NCBI RefSeq assembly: GCF_030684315.1
Contig: NC_081391.1
Coordinates: 13,617,342 to 13,681,341, forward strand
Length of the DNA stretch: 64,000 nucleotides
Direction of reading: 5' to 3'
DNA from: Stegostoma tigrinum
Taxonomy: Eukaryota
Position numbers and translations under genes: made by a program. The stretch's first letter is position 1. Every line of letters starts with the position of its first letter. Positions 21,574 to 35,052 of this stretch are shown here, in pieces. The notes beneath the pieces were generated by a model, which did not search any database, had not been told where the DNA came from, and saw nothing but the letters and a program-made list of their open reading frames with translations.

Positions 21574-24500
21574 ATGGCCTCCCAGATCAGTCAGAACTAT
21601 CACCAGGATTGTGAAGATGCTGTCAACAAGCAGATTAATGTGGAGCTCACTGCCTCCTATCTCTATCAGTCTTTGGTGAGTGGTGTCTCTGTTGGGTGAA
21701 ACATACTTCTGTTCTGTTGAAGTGAACTCTTCCCCTTGGATGTAATTAAGTTGTCTATCTTCTAGACTGAGTTTTGTGGCTCCTACCTCTTTCTCAATGC
21801 AGGATGAGTGTGATGTTACTGTAACAATAGTTTGGTGTCCAATGTTACTCTAACTTGGGTCCCAGTTGGTTGTCAGTGAGATGTGGAGTGTTCTTGTAGT
21901 TACTTGCCTGTCCCATGATGGTGCTGTGACTGGTGGTAATTATAGCTTCCTGTGGCTGTTTGAAACTTGAGGGAACTAATTTAAAAATGAATTGGGACTA
22001 ACCATTGTGGGAATGGAAGCACCATCAGCTAGTCACTGCTCTTCTTTTCCTTCTTGTATCCTTGCTTGTATTTGAATTTTGTGGTGATCCCAACTTAACA
22101 TCTCAAATAATCTTGAGAATCTTGATTTCCTATTGCAATCAGCTTAGAATAGGCTTGTTCTAGCCCTACAGAGCTGGGCTGAGAGGTGGCAAATGGAGTT
22201 TAATGCAGACAAGTGTGAGGTGATGCACTTTGGTAGGAGTAACCGGAAGGCAAAGCACGAGGCTAATGGTAAGATTCTTAGTAATGTAGATGAGCAGAGA
22301 GATCTCGGTGTCCACGTAAACAGGTCCTTGAAAGTTGCCATCCAGGTTGACAGGGCGGTTAAGAAGGCAGTGTTTTCTCTTTGATTAATAGAGGCATTGA
22401 GTTCTGGAACCAAGAGGTTATGGTGAAGCTGTACCAAACTCTGGTGTGGCTGCACTTGTAGTATTGTATACAGTTCTGGTCACTGCATTATAAGGATGTG
22501 GAAGCTTTGGCAAGAGTGCAGAGGAGGTTTACTAGGATGTTGCCTGGTATCGAGGGAAGACTGAGGGACTTGAGGCTGTCTTCATTGGTGAGAAGGTTGA
22601 GAGTTGACTTAATTGAAACATATAATATTCTGAGGGTTGGAAAGGGAAATCCTCTTTCTGCGGACGGTGAGCATGAGGGGGCATAGCTGTAAATTGAGGG
22701 ATGATAGATATAGGACAGATGTCTGAGGTAGTTTCTTTACTCAGTAGTAAGGGAATGGAATGCTTTGCCTGTGACGGTAGTAGATTTGCCAACTTTAGGT
22801 ACATTTAAGTCGTCATTGGACAAGCATATGGACGTACAGGGAATAGTCTAGGTTAGATGGGCTTGAGATCAGTATGACAAGTTGACACAACATCTAGGGC
22901 CTGTACTGTGCTGTTATGTTCTAGTTTCAGATTAAACTGGGTGAGGTTGTGACTGGTATCTGATCAAGCAGATCTCCATTTGAGATCTACTTTGCTTTTT
23001 TTCATACTCATGAGGTGGGTGTGGGCTGTCGGTATATGAAGTGTTGGAGCTTTTCCAAGGCACGGCACTGCCGTGGGGCTGAGAATGTGCGGAGGGTACT
23101 GACCCAGTGAATATGGTAAAAAAGCTTATTCCTGTTGTATTTGGCCTGACTCTAACTAGCCCCTCTTTCCCCAGGTGGTTGGGTGCCTGTGCCCTTCCAA
23201 GGGGTAGAATGTGTTTAGAAGGTGTTAGAAGTAACCTTAGTGAGTGTTGCCGGGTGCTCTCTGGGCTTGTGCTTGTCAGCAGGAAGTCCTCTCATGATGA
23301 GGATCAAGTCCCTGTCAGCCCCACTTTGGGAGGTGGCAACAGCTTTCATTGAGCCAGCAGTTCAGTTTTAATCGCTGACCCATGTTCCTAACACAACTTG
23401 GAAGCATGTCCCAAGAGTAAAATCTCCACTATTCTACATCTTCTAACTGCCCATTTAAATGGGCAATGATAAATTGTGCTTGTGTTTGCATTTGACAATT
23501 AAAGCAACTTTTTTCAGCAGGATTCCCAAGAATGTGTGTCTTAGTAGCTGCTTCCAATAGCAGACCTGGTAAACCTGAATACATTGAATTGTGAACATCC
23601 TGGTTTAGAAATCTACAGGACTTTGCCTGTTGGATTAAGTCAACAGTAGCATTTCCACGTTACTGTTTTAATAAGTGATGTTGTCTAGAGAGTAGGTGAT
23701 CTGCAGGTCACTGTCATATTTGTCATGTGATCAGTTTGTTTTGTCAATCATTGTTTCATGTGTAATGGTACAAGTTGCTAGCAGTCTCAGTACAGCTGTT
23801 TTAGTTGCAGCAGTAAACTGTATCTAGAACAATCCAAAGACTGTCCCGAGGCAGGCTTTCCTTGGCAGATTCTTGGTGCCCATGTCCTTCATTCATCCCT
23901 TCCCCCTCATCCCAGCCACCCCACTACTGCAGCCCTTGTCAACCTAATACAGTGCATCCAATTGCATTGATCCTGACTAAGCAGAAAATGTGCTCCTTCC
24001 TAGCTGTTAGTTGCAGTGATGGGATCTGTTTTCTGGCCTTTGCCAAAGGAGCAATAGCGTGCCCTGCAGCTGTTCTATTGGTGCACATCCTGCATTCCAG
24101 CTTCTGGCATTTCTTGAAACCCTATTCAATCAGTAATTTATCCCATTTCTGGTGGAGGTTAATCAGTAAAAACATCAATTCACACTTGTTCTCACCCAAT
24201 GCTGTGCCAGACCCACTGAGCAATTTGCCAGGAGTTTCAAACCAAAATAAAACACATGGTGTTTACAGCTTACCTGGAGGAAGCTGGGATTGTTTTGATT
24301 TTTCCAATTCAACAGGAACTGCTCAAAACTGGGTTCTGAATTGTTAATGCATCAGGTACTTAACAGCTTATTGTCAGTCTGATTTTGAGAATGCTCAAGT
24401 AGCCCTGGAGCTCTGAACTAAAATTGGCCCGTGACTTGTTAATGGGCTTTACCTTGATCTCCCTTCCAGATGTCCTACTTTGACCGGGATGATGTTGCCC

Positions 24501-26731
24501 TCCCCCATGTCTCCCGCTTCTTCAAACATCAGTCCCAGGAGAAGCGGGAACATGCAGAGAAGCTGCTGAAATTCCAGAATCAGCGTGGAGGCCGGGTCCT
24601 CCTCCAGGATGTGAAGGTTGGAGTTGGGTGGGGTGGGGGTTGGGATGGTAATGGCTGCTCTTGTGGTGTGGTTTCAAGTCAGTGACAAGGTTTTCATTTG
24701 AGTCAAAACTTTGTTCGGCCTGTTTGATCTCCTTTTTGAAGCCAGTGTAGAAAGAAGCCCTTTGGCCCACCATGTCTTTGCTGACCCCCCCAAACACTAA
24801 AGCACATTAATCCCATTTATCTTCCCTTGGTCCACAGGCCACTGTCCTGGCACTATGTACTTGTCCAGCTGGACCTTAAACTGATCTGGAGTAGCTGACT
24901 CCACCACCATCCAACCCTTTATGTGGTTCATCTCATATTTCTAACCTCCCCCTCGGAGGAGGGTGAAGAGAACGTTTCCTCCAATCCCCTCTAACCTGCT
25001 TACTCCACAAACCTGGTTTCTCTCTGGTCTTGGTGTCTGCCATGGGGAAGACATTCCATCAACTGGCCACTCTCTATTCTTCAATAGTTACATCAGGTCA
25101 CTCCCTCAGCCGTTCCTGCTCCACAGAAAATCCCAGCCTATCTAACCTCCAATCAATGGATCTTGGGCAACAGCCTGGGCAACCTCACCAGCTTCCCCCT
25201 GCAGTGCCATCCTGTCCTTGTGACTGGTGAGGCCAAAGAGGGAATAATGTGGTGACTAGAAGAACAAACTGTGACAAGACTGGCCCCCTTCCTGTTCCAC
25301 CACACCCAACTAATAGAGGTTGCTTGCCCTCTGTCACTGTTACACCCTGTTGACCTTGTCTGAACTTTGAGGGATCTATGGTTGTGGGCCTTTCTTAACT
25401 GTTAGCAGCACAACACACTTTGCAAACACCTCGCTGTCCCTTGGATGAATTAAATAGCCGTGATGTTTCTGATCATCCTGCTCAGGCATGTATGAAGCCA
25501 CCAGCACAAGTGGTACTTGAACCTTGGCCTTGTCAGCCAGAGACAGGGGCACTACCACTGTACCATGACAGCATTTAGGATTCACTTGTGAATATCCTCG
25601 CAATTCCATCAGATGGACCCTGATGCAAATCTTGTCATTATCCCCCACAATGACCTGTTATTCACCTTCCTCCTTCAGATCAAGGACCGACAGGCAAGGT
25701 GAAAGCAATTCTGAAGGAACTGTTCTTCAGCTGTGCTCCAGGGCTCCCTCAGGGGCTAGCAGTGTTCTCAGTGCTAGGGACGCAGGTTTTGATCTGGCCT
25801 CTGGTGAGGGACTGGTGTTTACATGTCCTCCCCATGTCTGCGTTGGTGTCCTCATAGTATAAGAGGATTGGCCATCTGAAATGCAGGGTTACAGGAATAG
25901 AGGGGGAGTGGGATGAGCTGGGATGCATTTCAGAGCAGTTCTGCACTGATCGATGTTGTAGAGATTCTGAAGCTTCACTTTCCTTCTTTCCATCCTCAGA
26001 AGCCAGAGAGGGATGAGTGGGGTAACAGCCTCCAGGCAATGCAGGTTGCCCTGGATCTGGAGAAGAATGTGAACCAGAGTTTGCTGGATCTTCACCAACT
26101 TGCCACAGCCCAGACTGACCCTCATGTAAGCTTCACCACTTCATTCTCTTCACTGCTGGTCACTCAGGGCAACACCTTCAATGGTTGGTCTTTTGTGGAT
26201 TAGAAGTTGCCTGCTGTCTCAGACAAGTACAATTTGGATCTCTTCAGATCTGTACCAATGCTTATAATCTGATCAGCTCAGCAATCAAGTAAAATGGGAA
26301 TTTGGATTATAATCTAGTAGGAGTGATGAAGTGATATTGGCCACTGAATGCTCATCCAGGATTATTGCAGTGGAATGATCACTATCCATCATAATCCAAC
26401 ACAGCATCACTTAACAAACTGCAAGAGCAGTTGAAATACATGGTCCTCACTGGCATAGTCTCCAGGTGTTAGGTTTTCAGGGTAGTCTCGAGCTCATATG
26501 GCTGAGTGTTTTGCAGTAGGAAATCTGAGGTTGTCTTGGATAGCATTAATGTAGCAAGTTGTCATATTCTTGCAGCTGTGTGACTTCCTGGAGACTCACT
26601 ATTTGGATGAGGAGGTGGAGATCATCAAGCAACTCGGGGACTACATCACCAACCTGAAGCGCCTGGGAGCCCCTGAGAATGGGATGGGAGAGTACCTGTT
26701 TGACAGGCTCTCCCTGGAGGACAGCAGTTAG
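21574..26731 (+). CDS. Ferritin subunit copy F3, intact; exons 21574-21675, 24470-24616, 26000-26125, 26576-26731
   Basis: 102+147+126+156 nt open frame with GT-AG introns. Exon 2 reads [49 protein letters not shown]. Extra in-frame ATG at 21571. Confidence 0.94.
22167..22925 (+). mobile_element. CR1 LINE 3' fragment in F3 intron 1
   Basis: [16 protein letters not shown] and [12 protein letters not shown] with frameshifts. Tail ctgtgctgttatgttcta. Confidence 0.9.
25462..25572 (-). mobile_element. Short degenerate tRNA-derived SINE head in intron 2 (counterparts in most copies)
   Basis: The minus strand reads tggtacagtggtagtgcccct...ggttcaagtaccac, with A- and B-box-like motifs. Homologues at ~7680-7790, ~33770-33880, ~42300-42410 and ~60240-60335. 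Confidence 0.55.
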
Positions 26732-29700
26732 TGTGGCCTGGAGTACTGTCTGCTTGGTCTGAATGCATTCCCCACTTGACCCTGGACAACCTGTCTCCTT
26801 CCAAGGAGAAGGGACTTTTGTAGCAAAGAATGTAATGGCTGTACCAGCTAAATGGAAATGAATAAAATGATGTGTTGATCTTGCTTATTGTCCATCATTC
26901 AGAGCTCTGAATACTTTGGGTGATAGCTCTTGCTTGAAGCCAATTTGTTTTCTGTCATTTGATTGGTCCAATTTCTAATTGGATTAGGCAACCCTTCACA
27001 GAATCGCTCACTATCCCCACATTAGAATGTAACTAGATGGAGTGTTTTTTTGGTTAGTCCTGTGGAAATTGAAGGTGTTTCTCCTCCAAATAGGATAAGG
27101 TTGGGATTTGTCAATTGTGGCACTGGCTTTCTTCTAGAGGACAATTAGTGCGCTTCTGGATATGGTGGGTTCAACTGTAGCTCAAAGAAATTGTCTTCCT
27201 CTGGTGCCAGGAAGTTCCCACACCGTCCAAAGAGACTTCTCTACCCAGCCTGATAGAATTTGGGATAGTGGTGTTCAATTGCACATTTCCCTTGAAATCT
27301 CTTCCCCGCCTCAGCCATCCTGCGTACTCAATTATTGCCTGAATGATGACAGCAACAAAAAGTGAAGACAGCCCTTTATCTACTGACCCAGCTTCCTGAT
27401 CACAAAGGTCTAAAGGAAGAGGCCCAGCAGGCTCTGATTTCAATCCAGCTGGCGGAAGCAGCAGAGCTGTGAAACAATCTCGACTGCCTGGTATATCTTT
27501 TTTTTTCCCCATTGGGCCCTACCCTGACAAATAAAACACTATATTCTCAGTATTGTTACTTTTGGTTTCACCATCCCAAACTGTGGCTGGAGCTCTTTCT
27601 CTTCCGCTTCTCCTCACTTCGCTCACCCCGCCCTCCCCCCACCCGACCTTTTCTATCCACGTGCCCCACCAGCCTAAACATTCACCACAGCCCCTTTCCC
27701 TGCGAGTCAGCTCAAGACATTCACCTGAACTGTACTGGATTAGAATGCAGGGCCTCATTGCTGCTTACAGCAGGATAACAGGGACCTGGGAAGAACACAG
27801 CAATGCACCTGGTTAAATGCTGCTGTTTGATTGGCTCTTGTTGGTAAAGCCAGCATTGAGCACACTAAGCTGCTCCCTTCGTTCCTCTGAGCTTTCCCCC
27901 ATGGTGAACATTACTCCTGATGCAGGTTGATTGGGTGAAATCACATTGAAGGAGCAAAGTGGCTCGGAGAGGAGACATGGAGATGCTGACTTTCCTTTAC
28001 GGCTGCTTCTTTTATCTTTCAAGGTGTCAGAGATCATGGGTTCGTGAGGGGGCTATCAGAGACATCCTGAGGATTGTTCCAGGGAGTTTTGTAGCGAGTG
28101 CACACTGCAGCCTTCATCAAGGTTGGCGGGGGGGTGCTGCAGAGTCAAAAGGCGCTCAACATATTTGTTCCACCACATAAAGCAATTTATTTTCGGTGAA
28201 AATAAGTCTGGGCTACAGTAACCCTCAAGTGCAGGAAGGGACCATTAGGCCCATTAAATCTGCATCGACCTTCTGAACAGCATCCTCCTTAGACCCAACC
28301 CCTTTGCCTTAACTCCACATTTCCCACGGCTAATCGACCTAGTCTGCAGGCCCCTGCTCACGATCGACAATCTGCAAATCATTGGGCTGTGTGAGGAAAC
28401 TCAAGCACCTGGAGGAAATCCACGCAGTCCATCACCCATGGGTAGAATTGAACCTGGGTGCCTGGCACTGAGGCGCCAAAACATTCTAAAGTACCAAAGG
28501 AAAGGAATACACTGCGGCAAACTACGCCATGGGAATAGACTCTGCAGCGCAGCCCGAACTTGCAGACCAGGTTTTCATAAACTGTGTAGTGCCATTTGCC
28601 TACATTTGGCCCATCTTTCTCTAAACCGTTCCTTTCCATGTAAATCTCCAAATGTCACTTAAATGTTGTAATTCTATCCACCTCGACCACTTCCTCTGGC
28701 AGCTCGTTCCATACACGCACCACCCTCTGTGTGACAATGTTGTCACTCACGCCCCTTTTAAATCTTGCCGCTCTCCCCTCAAACCGGTGCCCTCTAGTTT
28801 TGGACACCCCCTACCGTGTCCCAGCATGCTTTTTATATACAGTCAATCTTGAGTGTGCCAAAGGCAAGGCTACATTTAGTGCTCAGCAACTGTTACACTT
28901 CAGGAGATGGTGATGAGCTGGTTATTACAGTCCACCTGGTGTCAGAGAGACCGGAATGATGCTGATGCTGCTGCTGTTGCTGAGGAGGGGCTCCTGGGAT
29001 TTTCATTCACAAACAGGGATATTGTTCCAAGTCAGGATGGTGACAGAGTTACATGGAGCTGCTTGAGTGTCGTTGGTGCTGCCTCCAGCGAGAACATTGT
29101 AAACTAATTCCAGCACTACTCCCAACTTCAGCCTTATTGAGGGTGGGCAGGTTTTGGAAACTCAGGAGTTGAGTACTTCCTGACAGAATTCCCAGCATCT
29201 GAATTCCCAGTTTCTGAGCTGTACCATCTAGAGAACGCAATGTAAACAGAACCAGAAATTCTTCACTTGGAAACATGCTGGGGTGAATCACTAGTTCTAC
29301 TTCAAACAACGAAAAACGAAACTGGGAGACAGAAATGTTCAACGTGCAATACATTTCTAGCAGCAACTGAAACATAGAGGCCTGAGGCCTACTGTGTAGA
29401 AGAGGCACTCAGCACATTTAGCGTTTTGCTTTTCAAACTGGGCTTCAAGGTCAAGGTCAGGGAGATCACATCAGATGCAGATTGGATCCACAAAGTACAT
29501 CAGTTGCCTGTTTTAGATGATCCAAAAGCACATTATTTCTGTTGCTGCACAGAAATAGGAAAATGTTCTGATCAACCAAATCGAGCCATTTTTCAAAGAG
29601 CTCCAACACCAACGTTCAAAAATTATGACGACTAATCCCTCAGAATAGCAATCCGACAGAATTCTGCAAATCTGTGATGAATGTGTCTTAACGCACAACC

Positions 29701-29782
29701 TCAGATACAGACGTGAAGTTTTAGAGTATATTTTATTCTCATTTTCAGGGAGATGTCCTTCCAGAATTTGCCCTTGTGCGGG

Positions 29783-29971
29783 AGGTCAAAGGTCATTTCA
29801 GCAATTTCATCATCAACCAGTTGTCAATTCTGATTGGTTTTTTGACCCGATTCCCATCCTGCACTGATTGGATGTGGCAGCTGATCAATTGATTAACAAG
29901 AGTGTTTGGCCATCACTGATGATCTCATTTCCTGCTTCATAAAATGAGTGTTGGCTCCTGGAGTATAAATA
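29783..29971 (+). promoter_or_regulatory. Promoter of F4
   Basis: Perfect DR1 29783-29795, inverted CCAAT, CAGCTG, TATAAATA 29964-29971. Confidence 0.72.
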
Positions 29972-30057
29972 GAGTCCCACGGGAGGGATGTTTACTGTTG
30001 CTCTTAACTTTGTCATTTTTCTGGGGAGGAAAATAAAGCAAGTGTTTCCTTTATGAG

Positions 30058-33000
30058 ATGGCCTCCCAGATCAGTCAGAACTATCACCAGGATTGTGAAG
30101 CTGCTGTCAACAAGCAGATTAATGTGGAGCTCACTGCCTCCTATCTCTATCAGTCTTTGGTGAGTGGAGTCTCTGTTGGGTGAAACATACTTCTGTTCTG
30201 TTGAAGTGAACTCTTCCCCTTGGATGTAATTAAGTTGTCTATCTTATAGACTGAGTTTTGTGGCTCCTACCTCTTTCTCAATGCAGGATGAGTGTGATGT
30301 TATTATAACAATAGTTTGGTGCCTAATGTTACTCTAACTTGGGTCCCAGTTGGTTGTCAGTGAGATGTGGAGGGTGGAGTATTCTTGTAGTTACTTGCCT
30401 GTCCCATGATGGTGCTGTGACTGGTGGTAATTATAGCTTCCTGTGGCTGTTTGAAACTTGAGGGAACTAATTTAAAAATGAATTGGGACTCACCATTGTG
30501 GGAACGGAAGCACCATCAGCTAGTCACTGCTTTTCTTTTCCCTCTTGTATCCTTGTTTCTATTTGAATTTTGTGGGGATCTGAAGTAAACCTGCCAATTG
30601 TGACTGAGAATCTTGATTTCCTATTGCAATCAGCTTAGAATGTTGAAAGTTGCCACCCAGGTTGACAGGGCAATTAAGGCAGTGTTTTGTCTGTTATTAA
30701 GAGGATTGAGTTCTGGAACCAAGAGGTTATGGTGAAGCTGTACAAAACTCTGGTGCATACAGTTCTGGTCACTGCATTATAAGGATGTGAAGCTTTGGAA
30801 AGGGTGTAGAGGAGATCTGCTAGGATGTTGCCTGGTATGGAGGGAAGATCTTATGAGGAAAGGCTGAGGGGCTTGAGGCTCTCTTCATTAGAGAGAAGAA
30901 GGTTGAGAGGTGACTTAATTGAAACAATAAAATAATCAGAGGGCTGGATAGAGAGAGCCTTTTTCCTAGATGGTGATGGTGAGCATGAGGTGGGGTAGCT
31001 TTAAATTGAGGGCTGATAAATATAGGACAGATGTCAGAGGTAGTTTCTTTACTCAGTAAGGGAATGCAATGCTTTGCCTGTGACAGTAGTAGATTTGCCC
31101 ACTTTAGGTACACTTAAGTCATCATTGGATAAGCAAATGGGCATACATGGAATAGTGTAGGTTAGATGGGCTTGAGATCAGTATGACAAGTCGGCACAAC
31201 ATCAAGGGCTGAAGGGCCTGCACTTTGCTGTTATGTTCTATGTTCAGATTAAACTGGGTGAGGTTGTGACTCTTATCTGATTAAGCAGATCTCCTTTTGA
31301 GATCTACCTTGCTTTTCTTGATACTCCATTAGGTGGGTGTGGGCTGTCTGTATGTCAAGTGTTGGAGCTTTTCAAAGGCACAGCACTGCCATGGGGCTGA
31401 GAATGTACTGAGGGTACTGACCCAGTGACTCTGGTAAAAAGTTTATGCCTGTTGTATTTGGCCTGATTCTAAACTAACTGGACCCTCTTTCCCCAGGTGG
31501 GGTGCTTGTGCCCTTCCAAGGGGTAGAAGGTGTTTATGTAACCTTAGTGTTTGTTGCAGGGTGCTCTCTGGGCTTGTCCCTGTCAGCAGGAAGTCCCCCT
31601 CCTGATGAGGATCAAGCCCCTGTCAGCCCCAGTTTGGGAGGGGGAACAGCTTTCATTGAGCCAGCAGTTGGGTTTTAATCACTGACCCATTGTCCCAACA
31701 CACCTTGTAAGCATGTGCCAGGAATGAAATCCTTACTATTCTACATCTTCTAACTGCACATTTAAATCGCAAAGATAAATTGTGCTTGTGTTTGCATTTG
31801 AGAATTGAAGCAACTTTTTTCAGCAGGATTTGTAAGAATGTGCTTGTTACTGGCTGCTTCCAATAGCAGACCTGCTAAACCACAATACATTGAATTGTGA
31901 ACATCCTGGTTTAGAAATCTACAGGACTTTGCCTGTTGGATTAAGTCAACAGTGGTTTTTCCAGGTTAATGAGGGATCTTGTCTGGAGAGTAGTTGATCT
32001 GCAGATCACTGTCATACTTGTCATGTGATCAGTTTGTTTTGTCAGTCTTTCTTTCATGTGTAATGGTACAAGTTGCTAGCAGTCTGAGTCAGTGCAGCTG
32101 TTTCAGATGCAGCAACAAACTGTTGCAGTAACAATCCAAAGGCTGTCCTTCGGCAGGTTTTCCTTGGCAGATTCTTGGAGCTAACGTCCTTCATTCATCT
32201 CCTCATGCGCCCCCCCCCAGCCACCCCAATACTGCAGTTCTTGTCAAACTAATAGATACAGTGCATCCAATTGCATTGATCCTGACTCAGCAGAAAATGT
32301 GCTTCTTCCTAGCTGTTAATTGCAGTGTCTAGGATCTGTTTTCTGGTCTTTGCCAAAGCAGCAATACAGTGCCCTGCAGCTGTTCTATTGGTGTACATCC
32401 TGCACTCCAGCCCCTGGCATTTCTTGAAACCCTATTCAATCAAAGATTTATCCCATTTCTGGTGGAGGTTAATCAGTAAAAACATCAATCCACACTTGTT
32501 CTCACCAAATGCTGTGCCAGACCCTCCTGGGCAATTTGCCAGGAGTTTCAAACCAAAATAAAACACATGGTATTTACAACTTACTGGAGGAAGCTGGGAT
32601 TGTTTTGATTTTTCCAATTCAACAGCAATTGCTCAAAACTGGGTTCTGAATTGTTAATGCATCAGGTACTTAACAGCTTATTGTCAGTTTGATTTTGAGA
32701 ATGCTCAAGTAGCCCTGTAGTTCTGAACTGAAATTGGCCCATGACTTGTTAATGGACTTTACCTTGTTCTCCCTTCCAGATGTCCTACTTTGACCGGGAC
32801 GATGTTGCCCTTCCCCATTTTTCCCAGTTCTTCAAACATCAGTCTCAGGAGAAGCGGGAACATGCAGAGAAGCTGCTGAAATTCCAGAATCAGCGTGGAG
32901 GCGGAGTCTTCCTCCAGGATGTGAAGGTTGGAGTTGGGTGGGGTGGGGAATGGGATGGTAATGGCTGCTCTTATGGTGTGGTTTCAAGTCAGTGACAAGG

Positions 33001-35052
33001 TTTTCATTTGAGTCAAAACTTTGTCCAGCCTGTTTGATCTCCTTTTTGAAGCCAGTGTGGAAAGAAGCCCTTTGGCCCACCATGTCTATGCTGACCCCAC
33101 AAACACTAACAACATTAATCCCACTTACCTGCCCTTGGTCCACAGGCCACTGTCCTGGCACTAAGTACTTGTCCAGCTGGACCCGAAACTGATCTTGAGT
33201 CGCAGTCTCCACCACCATCCAACCCTTTATGTGGTTCATCTCATATTTCAAACAGCCCCTCAGAGGGGTGGGGGTGGGGTGAAGTTTCCTCCAATCCCCT
33301 CTAACCTGCTTACTCCACAAACCTGGTTTCTCTCCTGTCTTGGTGTCTGCCATGGGGAAGACATTCCATCAACTGGCCACTCTCTATTCTTCAATTACAT
33401 CAGGTCACTCCCTCAGCCGTTCCTGCTCCACAGAAAATCCCAGCCTATCTAACCTCCAATCAATGGATCTTGGGCAACAGCCTGGGGAACCTCACCAGCT
33501 TCCCCCTGCAGTGCCATTCTGTCCAGGTGACTGGTGAGGCCAAAGAGGAATAATGTGGTGACCAGAAAAACAAACTGAGAAGACTGGTCCCCTTCCTGTT
33601 CCACCCCCACCAAACTAATAGAGGTTGCTTGCCCTCTGTCACTGTTACACCCTGTTGACCTTGTCTGAACTTCGAGGGATCTATGGTTTTGGGCCTTTCT
33701 TAACTGTTAGCAGCACAACACACTTTGCAAACACCTCGCTGTCCCTTTGATGAATTAAATAGCCGTGATGTTTCTGATCATCCTGCTCAGGCATGTATGA
33801 AGCCACCAGCACAAGTGGTACTTGAACCTTGGCCTTGTCAGCCAGAGACAGGGGCACTACCACTGTACCATGACAGCATTTAGGATTCACTCGTGAATAT
33901 CCTCGCAATTCCATCAGATGGACCCTGATGCAAATCTTGTCATTATCCCCCACAATGACCTGTTATTCACCTTCCTCCTTCAGATCAAGGACCGACAGGC
34001 AAGGTGAAAGCAATTCTGAAGGAACTGTTCTTCAGCTGTGCTCCAGGGCTCCCTCAGGGGCTAGCAGTGTTCTCAGTGCTAGGGACACAGGTCTGGATCT
34101 GGCCTCTGGTGAGGGACTGGTGTTGACATGTCCTCCCCATGTCTGCGTTGGTGTCCTCAGAGTATAAGAGGATTGGCCATCTGAAATGCAGGGTTACAGG
34201 AATAGGGTGGGAGAAGGACGAGTTGGGATCCTCTTCAGAGCAGTTACAGACTGATCCACGTTGTAGAGATTCTGAAGCTTAACTGTCCTTCTTTTCCCTC
34301 CTCCAGAAGCCAGAGAGGGATGAGTGGGGTAACAGCCTGCAGGCAATGCAGGTTGCCCTGGATCTGGAGAAGAATGTGAACCAGAGTTTGTTGGATCTAC
34401 ACCAAGTCGCCACAGCCCAGACTGACCCTCATGTAAGCTTCACCTCCTCATTGACTTCACTGCTAGGCCCTCAGGGCAACACGTTCATTGGTTGGTCTTT
34501 TGTGGATTAGAAATTCAGTTAGACTTTGTTTTTGTGCAGATGACATGGATCACTTCAGATCCATAGTGATTACAAAATCATTGCTGAGCAGTTGACTCCA
34601 AGTCTGTATTTTAACTTGTAAACCTGTGGGGAGGACTGAGGCGATATTGGTGACTGAATTCTCATTCAGGGCCACTGCAGTGGAATGACTTTTATCCATC
34701 ACAAGTCAACTCTGCTCCAGTAAATAAACAGCAAGATGAAGCAGCTAAAAAGCAGTTGTCCTCTTTGCACAATTTCTCCAGGCGTTGGCTCTAGTCATCC
34801 CTGACAATCTCCCTCCATATGCATGTTTTTCAGTGGGGATTCTGACGTTTTCTTGGATAGTGTTAATGTACCAAGTGTCATATTCCTCTGTTGCAGCTGT
34901 GTGACTTCCTGGAGACCCACTATTTGGATGAGGAGGTGAGGATCATCAAGCAACTTGGGGACTACATCACCAACCTGAAGCGCCTGGGAGCCCCTGAGAA
35001 TGGGATGGGAGAGTACCTGTTTGACAGGCTCTCCCTGGAGGACAGCAGTTAG
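30058..35052 (+). CDS. Ferritin subunit copy F4, intact; exons 30058-30159, 32780-32926, 34307-34432, 34897-35052
   Basis: Open 531-nt spliced frame with GT-AG introns. Exon 2 ...[15 protein letters not shown]...[10 protein letters not shown]; exon 4 ...[10 protein letters not shown]... Confidence 0.94.
30641..31243 (+). mobile_element. CR1 LINE 3' fragment in F4 intron 1 (same insertion site as in F3, shorter 5' end)
   Basis: Both follow ctattgcaatcagcttagaat and end before ttcagattaaactggg. Confidence 0.88.
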
